Origin: Phycisphaerae bacterium
GTDB taxonomy: Bacteria > Planctomycetota > Phycisphaerae > SM23-33
NCBI GenBank assembly: GCA_011050235.1
Contig: DRGC01000022.1
Coordinates: 128,827 to 192,826 of the forward strand
Direction of reading: 5' to 3'
DNA: 64,000 bases
Below, in pieces: positions 54,921 through 64,000 of the stretch (its first letter is position 1; the number at the start of each line of letters is the position of its first letter). Under the pieces are notes generated by a model. It had not been told where the DNA came from. It saw only the letters and a program-made list of their open reading frames with translations, and ran no database searches. A program made the translations under genes and the position numbers.

Positions 54921-56159
54921 ATGGCGCGCCCAGCAAGTGAACAGACCGCATTATGGGTTCTTCGAAAGCTCCGCGAGGGCGGCTACGAGGCGTTGTTCGC
55001 CGGCGGCTGCGTCCGCGATCAATTGTTGGGGGCCCCGTGTACGGACTACGACGTGGCCACCAATGCGTCGCCGAAGCAGGTGCGAGGGCTGTTTCGCCAC
55101 GTGTTAATGGTCGGGGCGAAGTTCGGTGTGGCGATGGTCGTTCACCGCGGTCAAGTGGTCGAGGTCGTGACCTTCCGCAGCGACGAGACCTACAGTGATG
55201 GCCGCCGGCCCGACCGGGTGACGTTCTCCACGGCCCGCGAAGACGCCCTGCGCCGCGATTTCACGATCAACGGCATGTTCTACGATCCAATCGCCAAGAA
55301 AGTGATCGACTACGTCGACGGCCAGGAGGATCTCCAGGCCCGCATCCTTCGGACGATCGGCTCGCCGGAGCAACGGTTCGACGAGGACTATCTTCGGCTG
55401 ATCCGGGCGGTCCGTTTCGCCGCCCGACTGGATTTCCGGATCGATCCGGCCACCGAAGCCGCCCTCGCCGCCAACGCCGACAAGATCGTGTCGATCAGCG
55501 GCGAACGGGTCTTTGACGAGCTTCGCAAGATGCTGTCGAACACATCGGCCGTGCGGTCCCTGGCGGACCTGCAGCGTTTCGGCCTGATGCAGCACATCGT
55601 GCCGGAACTGTTCGACGCCGACGACCACTGGCCGGCGGCGATGCAGCGCGCGGAGAAGATCGGCCACTATGCCGACTTCCTGCTGACGCTGGCGGCGCTT
55701 CTGCTGGAGCTGCCGAGCCGAGTCATCGGCAGAATCTGCCGCAGGTGGGGGGCATCGAACGAGACGCGCTTGGCGCTCCAGTGGATCGCCAAGCACGGGG
55801 GCGACTGGCAGGCGGCGCCGAACTGGCCTTTGTGCAAGATCAAGCGTCTGCTGGCTTACGGCCAGTTCGACCGGCTGTGCCTGTTGTGGCTGGCCATCGA
55901 GGAGCTCGATACGGGCCAGACGGACTATCATCAACTGCTTCGAAAGAAGATCGCGTCGATCGATCCGGACCAGATCGCCCCGCCGCCTCTTGTCAGCGGC
56001 GAAGACCTGCTGGGCTTGGGGCTTTCGGAGAGCCCGAAGCTCGGGCGCATTCTCAACAAACTCTACGACGCCCAGCTTAACGAAGAGTTGAAGAGCCGCC
56101 GAACCGCACTGGCCGAGGCGCGCCGCATGGTCACCGAAGCTGCCGCCCCCAACGCATAG
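54921..56159 (+). CDS. cca: CCA-adding tRNA nucleotidyltransferase
   Basis: GGCVRDQLLGAPCTDYDVAT and RRDFTINGM, motifs of the class II nucleotidyltransferase head domain. Confidence 0.8.
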   Translation: MARPASEQTALWVLRKLREGGYEALFAGGCVRDQLLGAPCTDYDVATNASPKQVRGLFRHVLMVGAKFGVAMVVHRGQVVEVVTFRSDETYSDGRRPDRVTFSTAREDALRRDFTINGMFYDPIAKKVIDYVDGQEDLQARILRTIGSPEQRFDEDYLRLIRAVRFAARLDFRIDPATEAALAANADKIVSISGERVFDELRKMLSNTSAVRSLADLQRFGLMQHIVPELFDADDHWPAAMQRAEKIGHYADFLLTLAALLLELPSRVIGRICRRWGASNETRLALQWIAKHGGDWQAAPNWPLCKIKRLLAYGQFDRLCLLWLAIEELDTGQTDYHQLLRKKIASIDPDQIAPPPLVSGEDLLGLGLSESPKLGRILNKLYDAQLNEELKSRRTALAEARRMVTEAAAPNA

Positions 56160-56204
56160 AAAACGCCCGCCCATCGGCGAGCCCGGTGGTGCTGAGCGTC
56201 TCGG

Positions 56205-57458
56205 TCAGCCCTGGAAACGTCTGATCACCAAACACCCGTTGTGCCCGCCAAAGCCGAAGCTGTTGGACAACACGACATCGATTTTCGCTTCCCGCGGGGT
56301 ATTGGGGATGTAGTCCAGGTCGCATCCCTCGTCGGGATTATCCAGGTTCAGCGTGGGAGGTACGATGCCACGCGTGATGGCCAGGGCCGAGGCGATCAGT
56401 TCGACCGCACCGGAGGCGCCCAGCATGTGGCCGGTGGAGCTCTTGGTGGATGACACGAGCAGCCCGTCATGGGCGTGATGGCCGAAGACGCGTTTGATGC
56501 CGCGTGTCTCGGCGATATCACCCAGTTGGGTGCTGGTCCCGTGGGCGTTGATGTAGTCGATGTCGTCGGTGTTGACGCCGGCATCCGTCAGGGCCCGGTT
56601 GACCGCAAGGATCGCGCCGTGGCCTTCGGGGTCGGGCGCCGTGATGTGGTAGGCATCACAACTGGCGCCGTAGCCGATCAACTCGGCGTAGATGTTCGCG
56701 CCGCGTTGGCGGGCGTGCTCCAATTCTTCCAGCACGATCACGCCGGCGCCTTCGGAGAGCAGGAACCCATCCCGATCCCTGTCCCACGGGCGGGAAGCGT
56801 GCTCCGGGTCGTCGTTGCGGGTGGAGAGGCTCCTGAGAGCGGCGAAGCTGCCCAGGCCCACTTTGGTCACGCCCACCTCGCTCCCGCCGGCGAGCATCAT
56901 GTCGCCTTCGCCGCGCTGAATAATCCGATAACACTCGCCGATGGAGTGGGCGGCGGATGCACAGGCGGTGACGACGCTGAAGTTCACGCCGCGCAGGCCC
57001 CAGAGCAGGGCAATGTTGCCGCTGGCGGCGTTGACCATCATCTTGGGGACGGTGTAGGGGCTGATCCGGCTGGGGCCCTTCTCCAGCATGCGAGCATGCT
57101 GTGTTTCGATCTCCAGCAGCCCGCCGATGCCGCTGCCGACCACAACGCCGCACCGGTCCGGATCGGCCTTGTTGAAGTCGAGCCCGGAATCGGCAACGGC
57201 CTCGATGGCCGAGACCACGGCATACTGGGCGAACAGGTCCATATGCCGCCAGTCCCGCTGATCGACCTGCTCGGGTTTGGCGGTCTTCCAGTTCTTCACC
57301 TCGCCGCCAATATGGCAGGTGAACTCGCTGGGGTCAAAGCGCGTAATCCGAGCGATGCCGCTACGACACGCCAACAGCGCATCCCAAAACTCCGGCACGC
57401 TGTTGGCGAGCGGGTTAACGGTTCCCAGACCCGTCAATACGACGCGACGATCAGCCAT
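56205..57458 (-). CDS. fabF: 3-oxoacyl-ACP synthase II
   Basis: Active-site Cys ACASAAHSIG, and His motifs YINAHGTST and GHMLGASG. Confidence 0.9.
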   Translation of the reverse strand: MADRRVVLTGLGTVNPLANSVPEFWDALLACRSGIARITRFDPSEFTCHIGGEVKNWKTAKPEQVDQRDWRHMDLFAQYAVVSAIEAVADSGLDFNKADPDRCGVVVGSGIGGLLEIETQHARMLEKGPSRISPYTVPKMMVNAASGNIALLWGLRGVNFSVVTACASAAHSIGECYRIIQRGEGDMMLAGGSEVGVTKVGLGSFAALRSLSTRNDDPEHASRPWDRDRDGFLLSEGAGVIVLEELEHARQRGANIYAELIGYGASCDAYHITAPDPEGHGAILAVNRALTDAGVNTDDIDYINAHGTSTQLGDIAETRGIKRVFGHHAHDGLLVSSTKSSTGHMLGASGAVELIASALAITRGIVPPTLNLDNPDEGCDLDYIPNTPREAKIDVVLSNSFGFGGHNGCLVIRRFQG

Positions 57459-57479
57459 TGAGCACATTCCCGGCTGGAC

Positions 57480-57725
57480 TTAGGCCTTGCTGCCGTGTTC
57501 GCGGATGTAATCGATCGCCTGTCCGACGGTCTGGATCTTTTCAGCCTCCTCATCGGGGATGCTGAGCTCGAACTCGTCTTCAAACTCCATGACCAGTTCG
57601 ACCGTGTCCAGGGAATCGGCGTTCAGATCGTTCACAAAGGACGTCTCGCGAGTCACCTCGCCCTTGTCGACGCCCATCTGCTCGGCAACGATCTCAATGA
57701 CTTTCTCTTCGATGTTGTCGGCCAC
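57480..57725 (-). CDS. acpP: Acyl carrier protein
   Basis: [17 protein letters not shown], the phosphopantetheine Ser context. Confidence 0.9.
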   Translation of the reverse strand: MADNIEEKVIEIVAEQMGVDKGEVTRETSFVNDLNADSLDTVELVMEFEDEFELSIPDEEAEKIQTVGQAIDYIREHGSKA

Positions 57726-57867
57726 GTCTGCAACCTCCTATCGCGCCTCGTTCGGCGCTAGGATAACATTCCCTTCGTAAACGGTGCGGTACTATATCCG
57801 CACCAAACCGAACCACGCAAGTGCAACCTTTGCACCTACGGTCAAAAATCCTTTCCATGCCGCCCAG

Positions 57868-57912
57868 GGCGATATCAGCCCCGGCGATATCAGCCGCGGC
57901 GACATCGGCCTA
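57868..57912 (-). repeat. Three tandem 15-bp repeats (GGCGATATCAGCCCC / GGCGATATCAGCCGC / GGCGACATCGGCCTA) abutting the fabG stop, in the fabG-acpP intergenic region
   Basis: Read directly from the sequence. The third unit overlaps the fabG stop codon. Confidence 0.6.
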
Positions 57913-58650
57913 GGTGTGCATGCCGCCGTCGACGCTGAGGACCTGCCCGGTCACGTAGGACGAGGCGTCCGAAGCCAGGAACACCACCGCACGGGCGATA
58001 TCCTCGGGCTGGCCCATCCGTTTCAGCGGAATCAGCGACAGGGCGATGTCCTTGGCCTGCTGCGGCATATTGTCGGTCATCTCGGTCTGGATGAAGCCCG
58101 GGGCCACCGCGTTGCAGCGTACGTTCTTGCTCGCCAATTCCTTGGCGGTCGTCTTGGTCAGCCCGATGAGCCCGGCCTTGGAGGCCGAGTAGTTCGCCTG
58201 CCCGCGATTGCCTTCCAGCCCGCTGTAACTGGCCATGTTCACGATTGAGCCGCCGCGCTGGCGAACCATATACTTGGCCACCGCCCGCGTGCCATAGAAC
58301 GCGCCGAACAGGTTGATCTTCAGCACCAGTTCCCAGTCGGCGTCGGCCATCCGCATCAGCAGCCCGTCGCGGGTGATGCCGGCGTTGTTCACCAGCACGT
58401 CAATTCGCTCGTATTTCTCAGCCACGTCGTCGACAAGCTTGGTAAAGCCTTCGCTTTCCGAGACATCCAGCACTCGGCAGTCCAGCTTCTCGCCGGGGTC
58501 GCCCAGCTTGCCCGGCAGTTCGCTCAGCAGGTCTTCTTTTAGGTCAACAGCCACGACCGTCATGCCCGCTTCCAGAAGTTGGCGGGTGATGACCAGGCCG
58601 ATGCCTCGGCCGGCGCCGGTGACGATCGCGATTTTCCCGTTCTCAGCCAT
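57910..58650 (-). CDS. fabG: 3-oxoacyl-ACP reductase
   Basis: TGAGRGIG NAD(P)-binding motif and the catalytic YSASKAG. Confidence 0.9.
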   Translation of the reverse strand: MAENGKIAIVTGAGRGIGLVITRQLLEAGMTVVAVDLKEDLLSELPGKLGDPGEKLDCRVLDVSESEGFTKLVDDVAEKYERIDVLVNNAGITRDGLLMRMADADWELVLKINLFGAFYGTRAVAKYMVRQRGGSIVNMASYSGLEGNRGQANYSASKAGLIGLTKTTAKELASKNVRCNAVAPGFIQTEMTDNMPQQAKDIALSLIPLKRMGQPEDIARAVVFLASDASSYVTGQVLSVDGGMHT

Positions 58651-58669
58651 GTCTGCTCCTGATTGTCTG

Positions 58670-59608
58670 TCAGCCCGTCGGCTGGTCGACCAAGCCCTCG
58701 ACGGCCCGATGGGTGTTGAGGTTGGCGACCTTCATCTTGCGGTCGATTCGCCGCATCAGGCCGGCCAACACGCGGCCCGGGCCGATTTCATATAGGCTCT
58801 GCGCTCCGGCTTCAAGCAAATACTCCATCGACTGCTGCCACCGAACCGGAGAGGTGAGCTGTGATAAGAGCTTCTGCTCGATCTGCGATGCGTCCGCATA
58901 CGGGGCGGCGTCCACGTTGGCGACCACGGGCACGGCGGGGACGGCGAAGTCCACCTCGGCCAGGACGGGCTGGAACTGCTCGGCTGCGGGGGCCATCAGG
59001 GCGCTGTGAAACGCGCCGGCCACGTTGAGCGCCACCGCGCCGCTGGCGCCGAACCGCTTAGCCAACTGGGCCGCCCGCTCGCACGCGTCGGCCTGGCCGG
59101 AAAGGACGATCTGTCCCGGGCAGTTGAAGTTGGCGCAGGTCAACACCTGGCCCTCGGCGGCGGCCTGACACAACTCCTCGGCCTTGGCCTCGTCCAAGCC
59201 CAACACGCAGACCATGCCCGACGGCGTCGCCGTCGCCGCCTGCTGCATCAGCTCGCCTCGTTTGGCGACGAGCTTGACGCCTGTTTCAAAATCCATCGCG
59301 CCGGCGGCATACAGGGCGGTGTACTCACCCAGGCTCAGCCCGGCTGCGACGTCGGGGGCGGGGGCGTCGGGCGACTGTCGCAGCGTATCCAGCAGGACGG
59401 CCGAGACGGTGAAGATCGCCGGCTGGGCGACGTCGGTCCGGTTGAGCCGCTCCTCGGGACCTTCGAAGCAAAGCGTCTTGAGCGGCAGGCCCGAGGCGGC
59501 CTCAGCGCGGTCAAACAGATCCCGCGCCGCCGCGGAGGCGTCGTAGAGATCCTTGCCCATGCCGACTTCCTGGGCGCCTTGACCTGGAAATAGAAACGCT
59601 GTCTTCAT
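58670..59608 (-). CDS. fabD: Malonyl CoA-ACP transacylase
   Basis: FLFPGQGAQ and GLSLGEY active-site Ser. Start at MKTAFLF; the track ORF over-extends to 59830. Confidence 0.85.
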   Translation of the reverse strand: MKTAFLFPGQGAQEVGMGKDLYDASAAARDLFDRAEAASGLPLKTLCFEGPEERLNRTDVAQPAIFTVSAVLLDTLRQSPDAPAPDVAAGLSLGEYTALYAAGAMDFETGVKLVAKRGELMQQAATATPSGMVCVLGLDEAKAEELCQAAAEGQVLTCANFNCPGQIVLSGQADACERAAQLAKRFGASGAVALNVAGAFHSALMAPAAEQFQPVLAEVDFAVPAVPVVANVDAAPYADASQIEQKLLSQLTSPVRWQQSMEYLLEAGAQSLYEIGPGRVLAGLMRRIDRKMKVANLNTHRAVEGLVDQPTG

Positions 59609-59628
59609 CTTGACCGTGCCATCGCCTG

Positions 59629-60618
59629 TTATAGTTTCAGCACCGCACCAGCCCACGTCAGCCCCGCGCCGAAGGCGATCAGAAGGACCGTCGAGCCCGG
59701 GCCGACCTTGCCGTTGGCCATCGCTTCCTTCAGGGCCAGCGGCACGGAGGCGGCCGACGTGTTGCCGTACTTGTCGATATTGATGTAGACCTTCTCCATC
59801 GGGAAGTTGTACTTTTCGACGGCGGAGCAAATGATGCGCATGTTGACCTGGTGGGGGATCACCATGTCCACGTCGTCGGGCGTGAGGTTACATTGCGCCA
59901 TGCAGTCGCCCAGCAGCCACTGCATTTTCTCCACCGCAAAGCGGTACACGTCGCGGCCCTGCATCTTGATGAACTGCAGCCCTTCGTCCAGTGTCTGGTG
60001 GGTCGTCGGCAGGCGCGTTCCGCCAGCGGGCGCGTGGATGAAGCCCGCGCCGCCACCATCGGCGGCTAGAACGGTATAGGCGATGCCCCGCTCATCGGTG
60101 CTGGCCTCCAGAACGGCTGCGCCGGCTCCATCGCCGAACAGAATGCAATTGCCGCGATCGGTGTAGTCGGCGAAATGGCTCATCACGTCCACACCGACAA
60201 CGAGGATCTTCTTGTAGGTGCCGGTGCGGATAAACTGGTCGCCGACGGTCAGGGCGTAGATGAACCCGCTGCAGGCCGCCGACAGATCGAACGCCGGGAT
60301 GTTTCCTGCGCCCAGTTCGCTTTGCAGCAGGCAGGCCGTCGCAGGGAAGGGCAGTTCCGGCGTGATGGTCGCAACGATGATCAGGTCCAGATCGGCGGCG
60401 GCGACGTTGGCCTCGGCGAGGGCCTGGCGGGACGCCTCGGTCGCCATGGTGAGGGTCGACTCACCGTCGGTTCGGATCCGGCGCTCCTTGATCCCTGTCC
60501 GCTGAGTAATCCACTCATCGGTGGTATCGAGAATTTTCTCAAAATCGGCGTTGGTCATGATCCGAGCGGGCACGTAACTGCCCATGCCCGTGACCGCTGC
60601 GCGCAAGCTATCAGCCAT
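59629..60618 (-). CDS. fabH: 3-oxoacyl-ACP synthase III
   Basis: Active-site Cys AACSGF, and VPHQVN...GNTSAAS. Confidence 0.9.
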   Translation of the reverse strand: MADSLRAAVTGMGSYVPARIMTNADFEKILDTTDEWITQRTGIKERRIRTDGESTLTMATEASRQALAEANVAAADLDLIIVATITPELPFPATACLLQSELGAGNIPAFDLSAACSGFIYALTVGDQFIRTGTYKKILVVGVDVMSHFADYTDRGNCILFGDGAGAAVLEASTDERGIAYTVLAADGGGAGFIHAPAGGTRLPTTHQTLDEGLQFIKMQGRDVYRFAVEKMQWLLGDCMAQCNLTPDDVDMVIPHQVNMRIICSAVEKYNFPMEKVYINIDKYGNTSAASVPLALKEAMANGKVGPGSTVLLIAFGAGLTWAGAVLKL

Positions 60619-61630
60619 TACCGGTCCTCTCATCCTGAGTCAGTCGCTCGGTAATTCGCTGATTCACCTTGTGGCGAGCGTATTTGTGGGCCAACAGCAC
60701 GGCGTTCGTCATGCCTAGACAGGAGTTGGCGCCATGGCAGAGGATGACAATTCCGCCGACACCGAGCACCGGCGCGCCACCGTGTTGGTTGAAGTCGTAC
60801 GTTTCCAGCGTCTGGCCGGCCGCCCGCATCGCGATCTGCCTTAGCTCCGGCGTGGATGTCGTGAGATCCTTCAGATTGTTGAGGATATCCCGGATCAGCC
60901 CGCCGCTCATCCCCTCGATGAGTTTGATGACCACGTTACCTACGAACCCGTCGCAGACCATCACGTCGCAGGCGCCGTGGAACAGATCGCGGCTTTCGAC
61001 GTTTCCGATGAAGTAGATCGAGCTGTCCCGCTTGATCAGCCCGTTGGCGGCCCGGACCAGGTCCGTGCCTTTCTCATCCTCTTCGCCGACCGACAGCAGA
61101 CCCACGCGCGGGTTCTTGACGCCGTAGACCGTCTCCATGTAGATCGACGCCATAATGGCGTATTGGTACAGGTGCCGCGGGCGACAGCTCATGTTGGCCC
61201 CGCCGTCGCACAGAACCACCGGCCCGTGCAGCGTTGGAATCATGATCCCCACACCCGGGCGATGCACACCCCGCAGGCGCCGCAGCCGCATCTGGGTCGC
61301 ACTGACGAACGCCCCCGTGTTGCCCGCGGAAATGCAGGCCTCGATGGCGCCTTCGGCATGCAACTGGGCCAGCACGGCGATGGAGCTGTTGGGCTTGGTC
61401 CGCAGACTCTCCACGGGCGATTCGTTCATTCCGATCCGCTGATTGGCATGGACGATCTCGATCTTGTCCTGGGGCCCCTTCTGCCTGGCCAGGGCCTTCT
61501 GGATGGCCGGCTTGTTGCCGACCAGCACGATCGTGTCATCGTCGCTCAGCTGCGCGCAGGCCGCCACGCCGCCCTCGACCTCGACGGCCGGGGCGCGATC
61601 GCTCCCCATGGCATCTACACCAATTCGCAA
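60611..61630 (-). CDS. plsX: Phosphate acyltransferase PlsX
   Basis: MRIGVDAMGSD..., with a conserved N-terminus and GAPVLGV. Confidence 0.85.
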   Translation of the reverse strand: MRIGVDAMGSDRAPAVEVEGGVAACAQLSDDDTIVLVGNKPAIQKALARQKGPQDKIEIVHANQRIGMNESPVESLRTKPNSSIAVLAQLHAEGAIEACISAGNTGAFVSATQMRLRRLRGVHRPGVGIMIPTLHGPVVLCDGGANMSCRPRHLYQYAIMASIYMETVYGVKNPRVGLLSVGEEDEKGTDLVRAANGLIKRDSSIYFIGNVESRDLFHGACDVMVCDGFVGNVVIKLIEGMSGGLIRDILNNLKDLTTSTPELRQIAMRAAGQTLETYDFNQHGGAPVLGVGGIVILCHGANSCLGMTNAVLLAHKYARHKVNQRITERLTQDERTGNG

Positions 61631-61633
61631 GCG

Positions 61634-61816
61634 CTAGCCCTCTTTCTCGACCTTCAGGCTCAGGCCCGGGCGAACATAGCCGCAGTTTTCACAAGCGGCA
61701 TGCGGGAGCTTGGGACTGTTGCAGCGGGGGCAGTCGGCGTAGTTGATCGGGCGCATCGCGTGGTGCGACCGGCGGATGCGCGTTCGTGCACGCGACTGTC
61801 TACGTTTGGGTAGCAT
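61634..61816 (-). CDS. rpmF: 50S ribosomal protein L32
   Basis: MLPKRRQSRARTRIRRSHHA plus the CPRCNSPKLPHAACENCGY zinc ribbon. The track ORF over-extends to 61933. Confidence 0.8.
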   Translation of the reverse strand: MLPKRRQSRARTRIRRSHHAMRPINYADCPRCNSPKLPHAACENCGYVRPGLSLKVEKEG

Positions 61817-61967
61817 CGTTGCTTCCTTGTTCACGCAGCCTAACCGCCAGTCTGCACAACCAGTGCAGCAACAGGTCAGGCGAAGGGGAAACGGAGGCAG
61901 AAGGTAGAGAGCATTCGGGCCATTGTCAAGCAAAAGTCGATCGCCCCCCGACCGCCCGGGATGGCCG

Positions 61968-64000
61968 CTAGCCGAGCCGCTCCGACGCCCACCGGCCGGC
62001 GGCCTCCAGGGCTTCGGGGAGTTTGTCCGGCTGCTTGCCGCCAGCCTGAGCCAACGTGGGCTTGCCGCCTCCGCCGCCGCCCACGACCGGCGCGACGGCC
62101 TTGACCCAATCGCCGGCCTTCAGCTTGCCCGCTTTGACAAGATCGTCGCTAACCATTGCTACCAACGTGACTTTCGTTCCGTCCGTCCCGCCGACGAACA
62201 CCGCGGCGGCGCCCTTTTGACGCTGAACGTCGCAGATCGTCCGCAGGACGGCGGCATCGGGATCGCCCGTCCTGGCCACCAGCACCTTGCCCGCCGGGCA
62301 GTCCAACTCGGCGACGATCTCGAGTTCGCCGCCCGCTGGGGCCTTGGGGCCACCCTTGCGGAGGGTCTTGATCTCCTGGAGCATCGCCTCGATCCGCTCG
62401 GGAAGTTGCTCAGCCTTGATCCGAAGCGTTTTGGCCGCCGAGGCGGCGGTCGCCTCCAACTTCTGGACGTATTCCAGCGCCGCCTGGCCCGTCAAAGCCG
62501 TGATCCGCCGCATGCCCTTGGCCACGGATTCCTCGGCGATGATCTTGAAAAAGCCGATCTGACCCGTCCGCCCCACGTGCGTCCCGCCGCACAGCTCCAG
62601 GGGATGCTTCAGACCTTCCAGTTTTCGTCCCCGGCCGACACGGATCACGCGGACCGGGTCGGGATACTTCTCACCGAACATCGCCCGGATGCCCTCGAGC
62701 TTGAGCGCCTCGCTCAGCGGCAGCATTTGGTCCCTGACGCTCTCGTCGGCCACGATCCATTCGTTGACCAGCCGTTCGACCTCGATCTGCTGGTCGGCCG
62801 TGACGGCCCGGTTGTGGGAGAAGTCGAACCGCAGCCGATCCGGCGCCACCACGCTGCCGGCCTGGTTGACGTGCTCGCCCAACACCTCCCGCAACGCCCA
62901 GTTCAGCAAATGCGTAGCCGTGTGGTTTCGCATCGTGGCCCGGCGGACATCATTGACGCGACAAGAGACGGTCTGCCCAGCTGAGAGCTTTCCTTTGGCA
63001 ACCTTGCCCACGTGTAGCACGGCCGAACCGGCCATCTGCGCATCGGCAACCTCGAAGCGCCCGCCTTTCCAGGTCAACGCGCCCGTATCGCCCACCTGGC
63101 CTCCCTGTTCGCCGTAGAAGTTGGTCGCCGCCAGCACCACCGCCGCCTCGTCGCCGGCCGCCAGCTCGCCCTCGGTGACGAACTGCCCGTCGGCCACCCA
63201 GCCCAGGACGTTCGCCTCAACAGGCCGGTGAGCGAACTTGGCGGAATCGTCCGTAGCCGGGAGGTCGGGCAGGCCGGCGACCTTGAACGCCCCGCCGGCA
63301 GAGGACAACTCGCGGTGTTCGGCCATCGCCTTTTCGTAGCCGGCCATGTCGACCGTCAGGTCTCGCTCGCCGGCCATCAGTTGGGTCAGATCGACCGGGA
63401 ACCCGAACGTCGCGTACAGATCGAACGCGATCTCGCCGGGCAGTTCGGTCTTGCCGGCGTCGATCAGTTGGTTCACCTGGCGCTGGAACAACTCGATCCC
63501 GCGATCGAGCGTCCTGGCGAAGGCGGCTTCCTCGCCGGCGATGGTCTCCAGGATGTGCGATTTCCGCTGGGCGATCTCCGGAAAGCTATCGGCCATCAGG
63601 TCGATCACCGTCGGGGCCAGGTCCGCCAGGAACGGGCCGTCGATGTGCAGGTGCTGTCGCCCGTACCGCGCCGCCCGCCGCAGGAGACGCCGCAGCACGT
63701 AGCCGCGGCCCTCGTTGGACGGCATGACGCCGTCGGCGATCGCAAACACCAGCGCCCGTGCGTGGTCGGCGGCCACCCGGCAGGCGACGTCGCCCATGTC
63801 GTCCTCGCCGAGGACGTCGAATCGATCCTCCAGGCCGCTCGATGCCCCGTAGCGATGATCGGTGAAGGTCTCGAGCTTCTCGATGATCGGGATGAACAGG
63901 TCGGTGGCGTAGTTGCTCTTCTTGCCCTGCAGGACCATGCAGATTCGCTCGAACCCCATGCCCGTGTCGACGTGCCGGGCCGGTAGCGGCGAGAGCTTGC
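61968..64000 (-). CDS. alaS: Alanine--tRNA ligase (C-terminal about 675 aa). Partial: the 5' end lies beyond the window end.
   Basis: Editing-domain motif HTATHLLNWAL...CGGTH, and the C-terminal DHHA1-like region with a poly-Gly stretch. There is no in-frame stop before the window edge, so the track's M is internal. Confidence 0.85.
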   Translation of the reverse strand, partial: KLSPLPARHVDTGMGFERICMVLQGKKSNYATDLFIPIIEKLETFTDHRYGASSGLEDRFDVLGEDDMGDVACRVAADHARALVFAIADGVMPSNEGRGYVLRRLLRRAARYGRQHLHIDGPFLADLAPTVIDLMADSFPEIAQRKSHILETIAGEEAAFARTLDRGIELFQRQVNQLIDAGKTELPGEIAFDLYATFGFPVDLTQLMAGERDLTVDMAGYEKAMAEHRELSSAGGAFKVAGLPDLPATDDSAKFAHRPVEANVLGWVADGQFVTEGELAAGDEAAVVLAATNFYGEQGGQVGDTGALTWKGGRFEVADAQMAGSAVLHVGKVAKGKLSAGQTVSCRVNDVRRATMRNHTATHLLNWALREVLGEHVNQAGSVVAPDRLRFDFSHNRAVTADQQIEVERLVNEWIVADESVRDQMLPLSEALKLEGIRAMFGEKYPDPVRVIRVGRGRKLEGLKHPLELCGGTHVGRTGQIGFFKIIAEESVAKGMRRITALTGQAALEYVQKLEATAASAAKTLRIKAEQLPERIEAMLQEIKTLRKGGPKAPAGGELEIVAELDCPAGKVLVARTGDPDAAVLRTICDVQRQKGAAAVFVGGTDGTKVTLVAMVSDDLVKAGKLKAGDWVKAVAPVVGGGGGGKPTLAQAGGKQPDKLPEALEAAGRWASERLG

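Overview
This is a high-GC (about 65%) bacterial chromosomal segment. It is most consistent with Planctomycetota: it has a PEP-CTERM protein, many proteins with prepilin-type N-termini, HEAT-repeat lipoproteins and large secreted paralogs, and many start/stop-overlapping gene pairs. In order along the window:

- **1-8.4 kb, minus strand:** an essentially complete Tad/Flp (type IVc) pilus locus, tadB(partial)-cpaF-cpaE-cpaC-cpaB-tadE-cpaA, followed by three tandem near-identical flp pilin genes, with a divergent tadG-like gene.
- **10.6-12.3 kb:** a tRNA-Arg(ACG) with a terminator, then a secreted metzincin-like protease carrying dockerin repeats and a PEP-CTERM anchor.
- **12.5-24.8 kb, plus strand:** a sensor histidine kinase and a STAS anti-sigma-antagonist translationally fused onto a type IVa pilus operon (pilB-pilC-pilM-pilN-pilO-pilP/gspC-like). 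A major pilin and four minor (pseudo)pilins follow.
- **24.8-38.3 kb:** a UxaE-like gene; an ECF sigma / anti-sigma / lipoprotein / SAM-methyltransferase operon; a divergent transglutaminase-like secreted protein; and two paralogous large secreted proteins flanking a HEAT-repeat lipoprotein.
- **38.4-50.4 kb:** a tiny transmembrane ORF coupled to an APC amino-acid permease fused to tandem Usp domains; an aminotransferase; a complete gcvT-gcvH-gcvPA-gcvPB-lpd-lipB-lipA operon; and mntP.
- **50.4-64 kb:** rsmD, a DUF58 protein and a BatA_N/vWA protein (all translationally coupled), cca, the fatty-acid operon rpmF-plsX-fabH-fabD-fabG-acpP-fabF on the minus strand, and partial alaS.

No CRISPR arrays, integrases or transposases were seen. 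The long antisense ORFs throughout are GC-bias artefacts.
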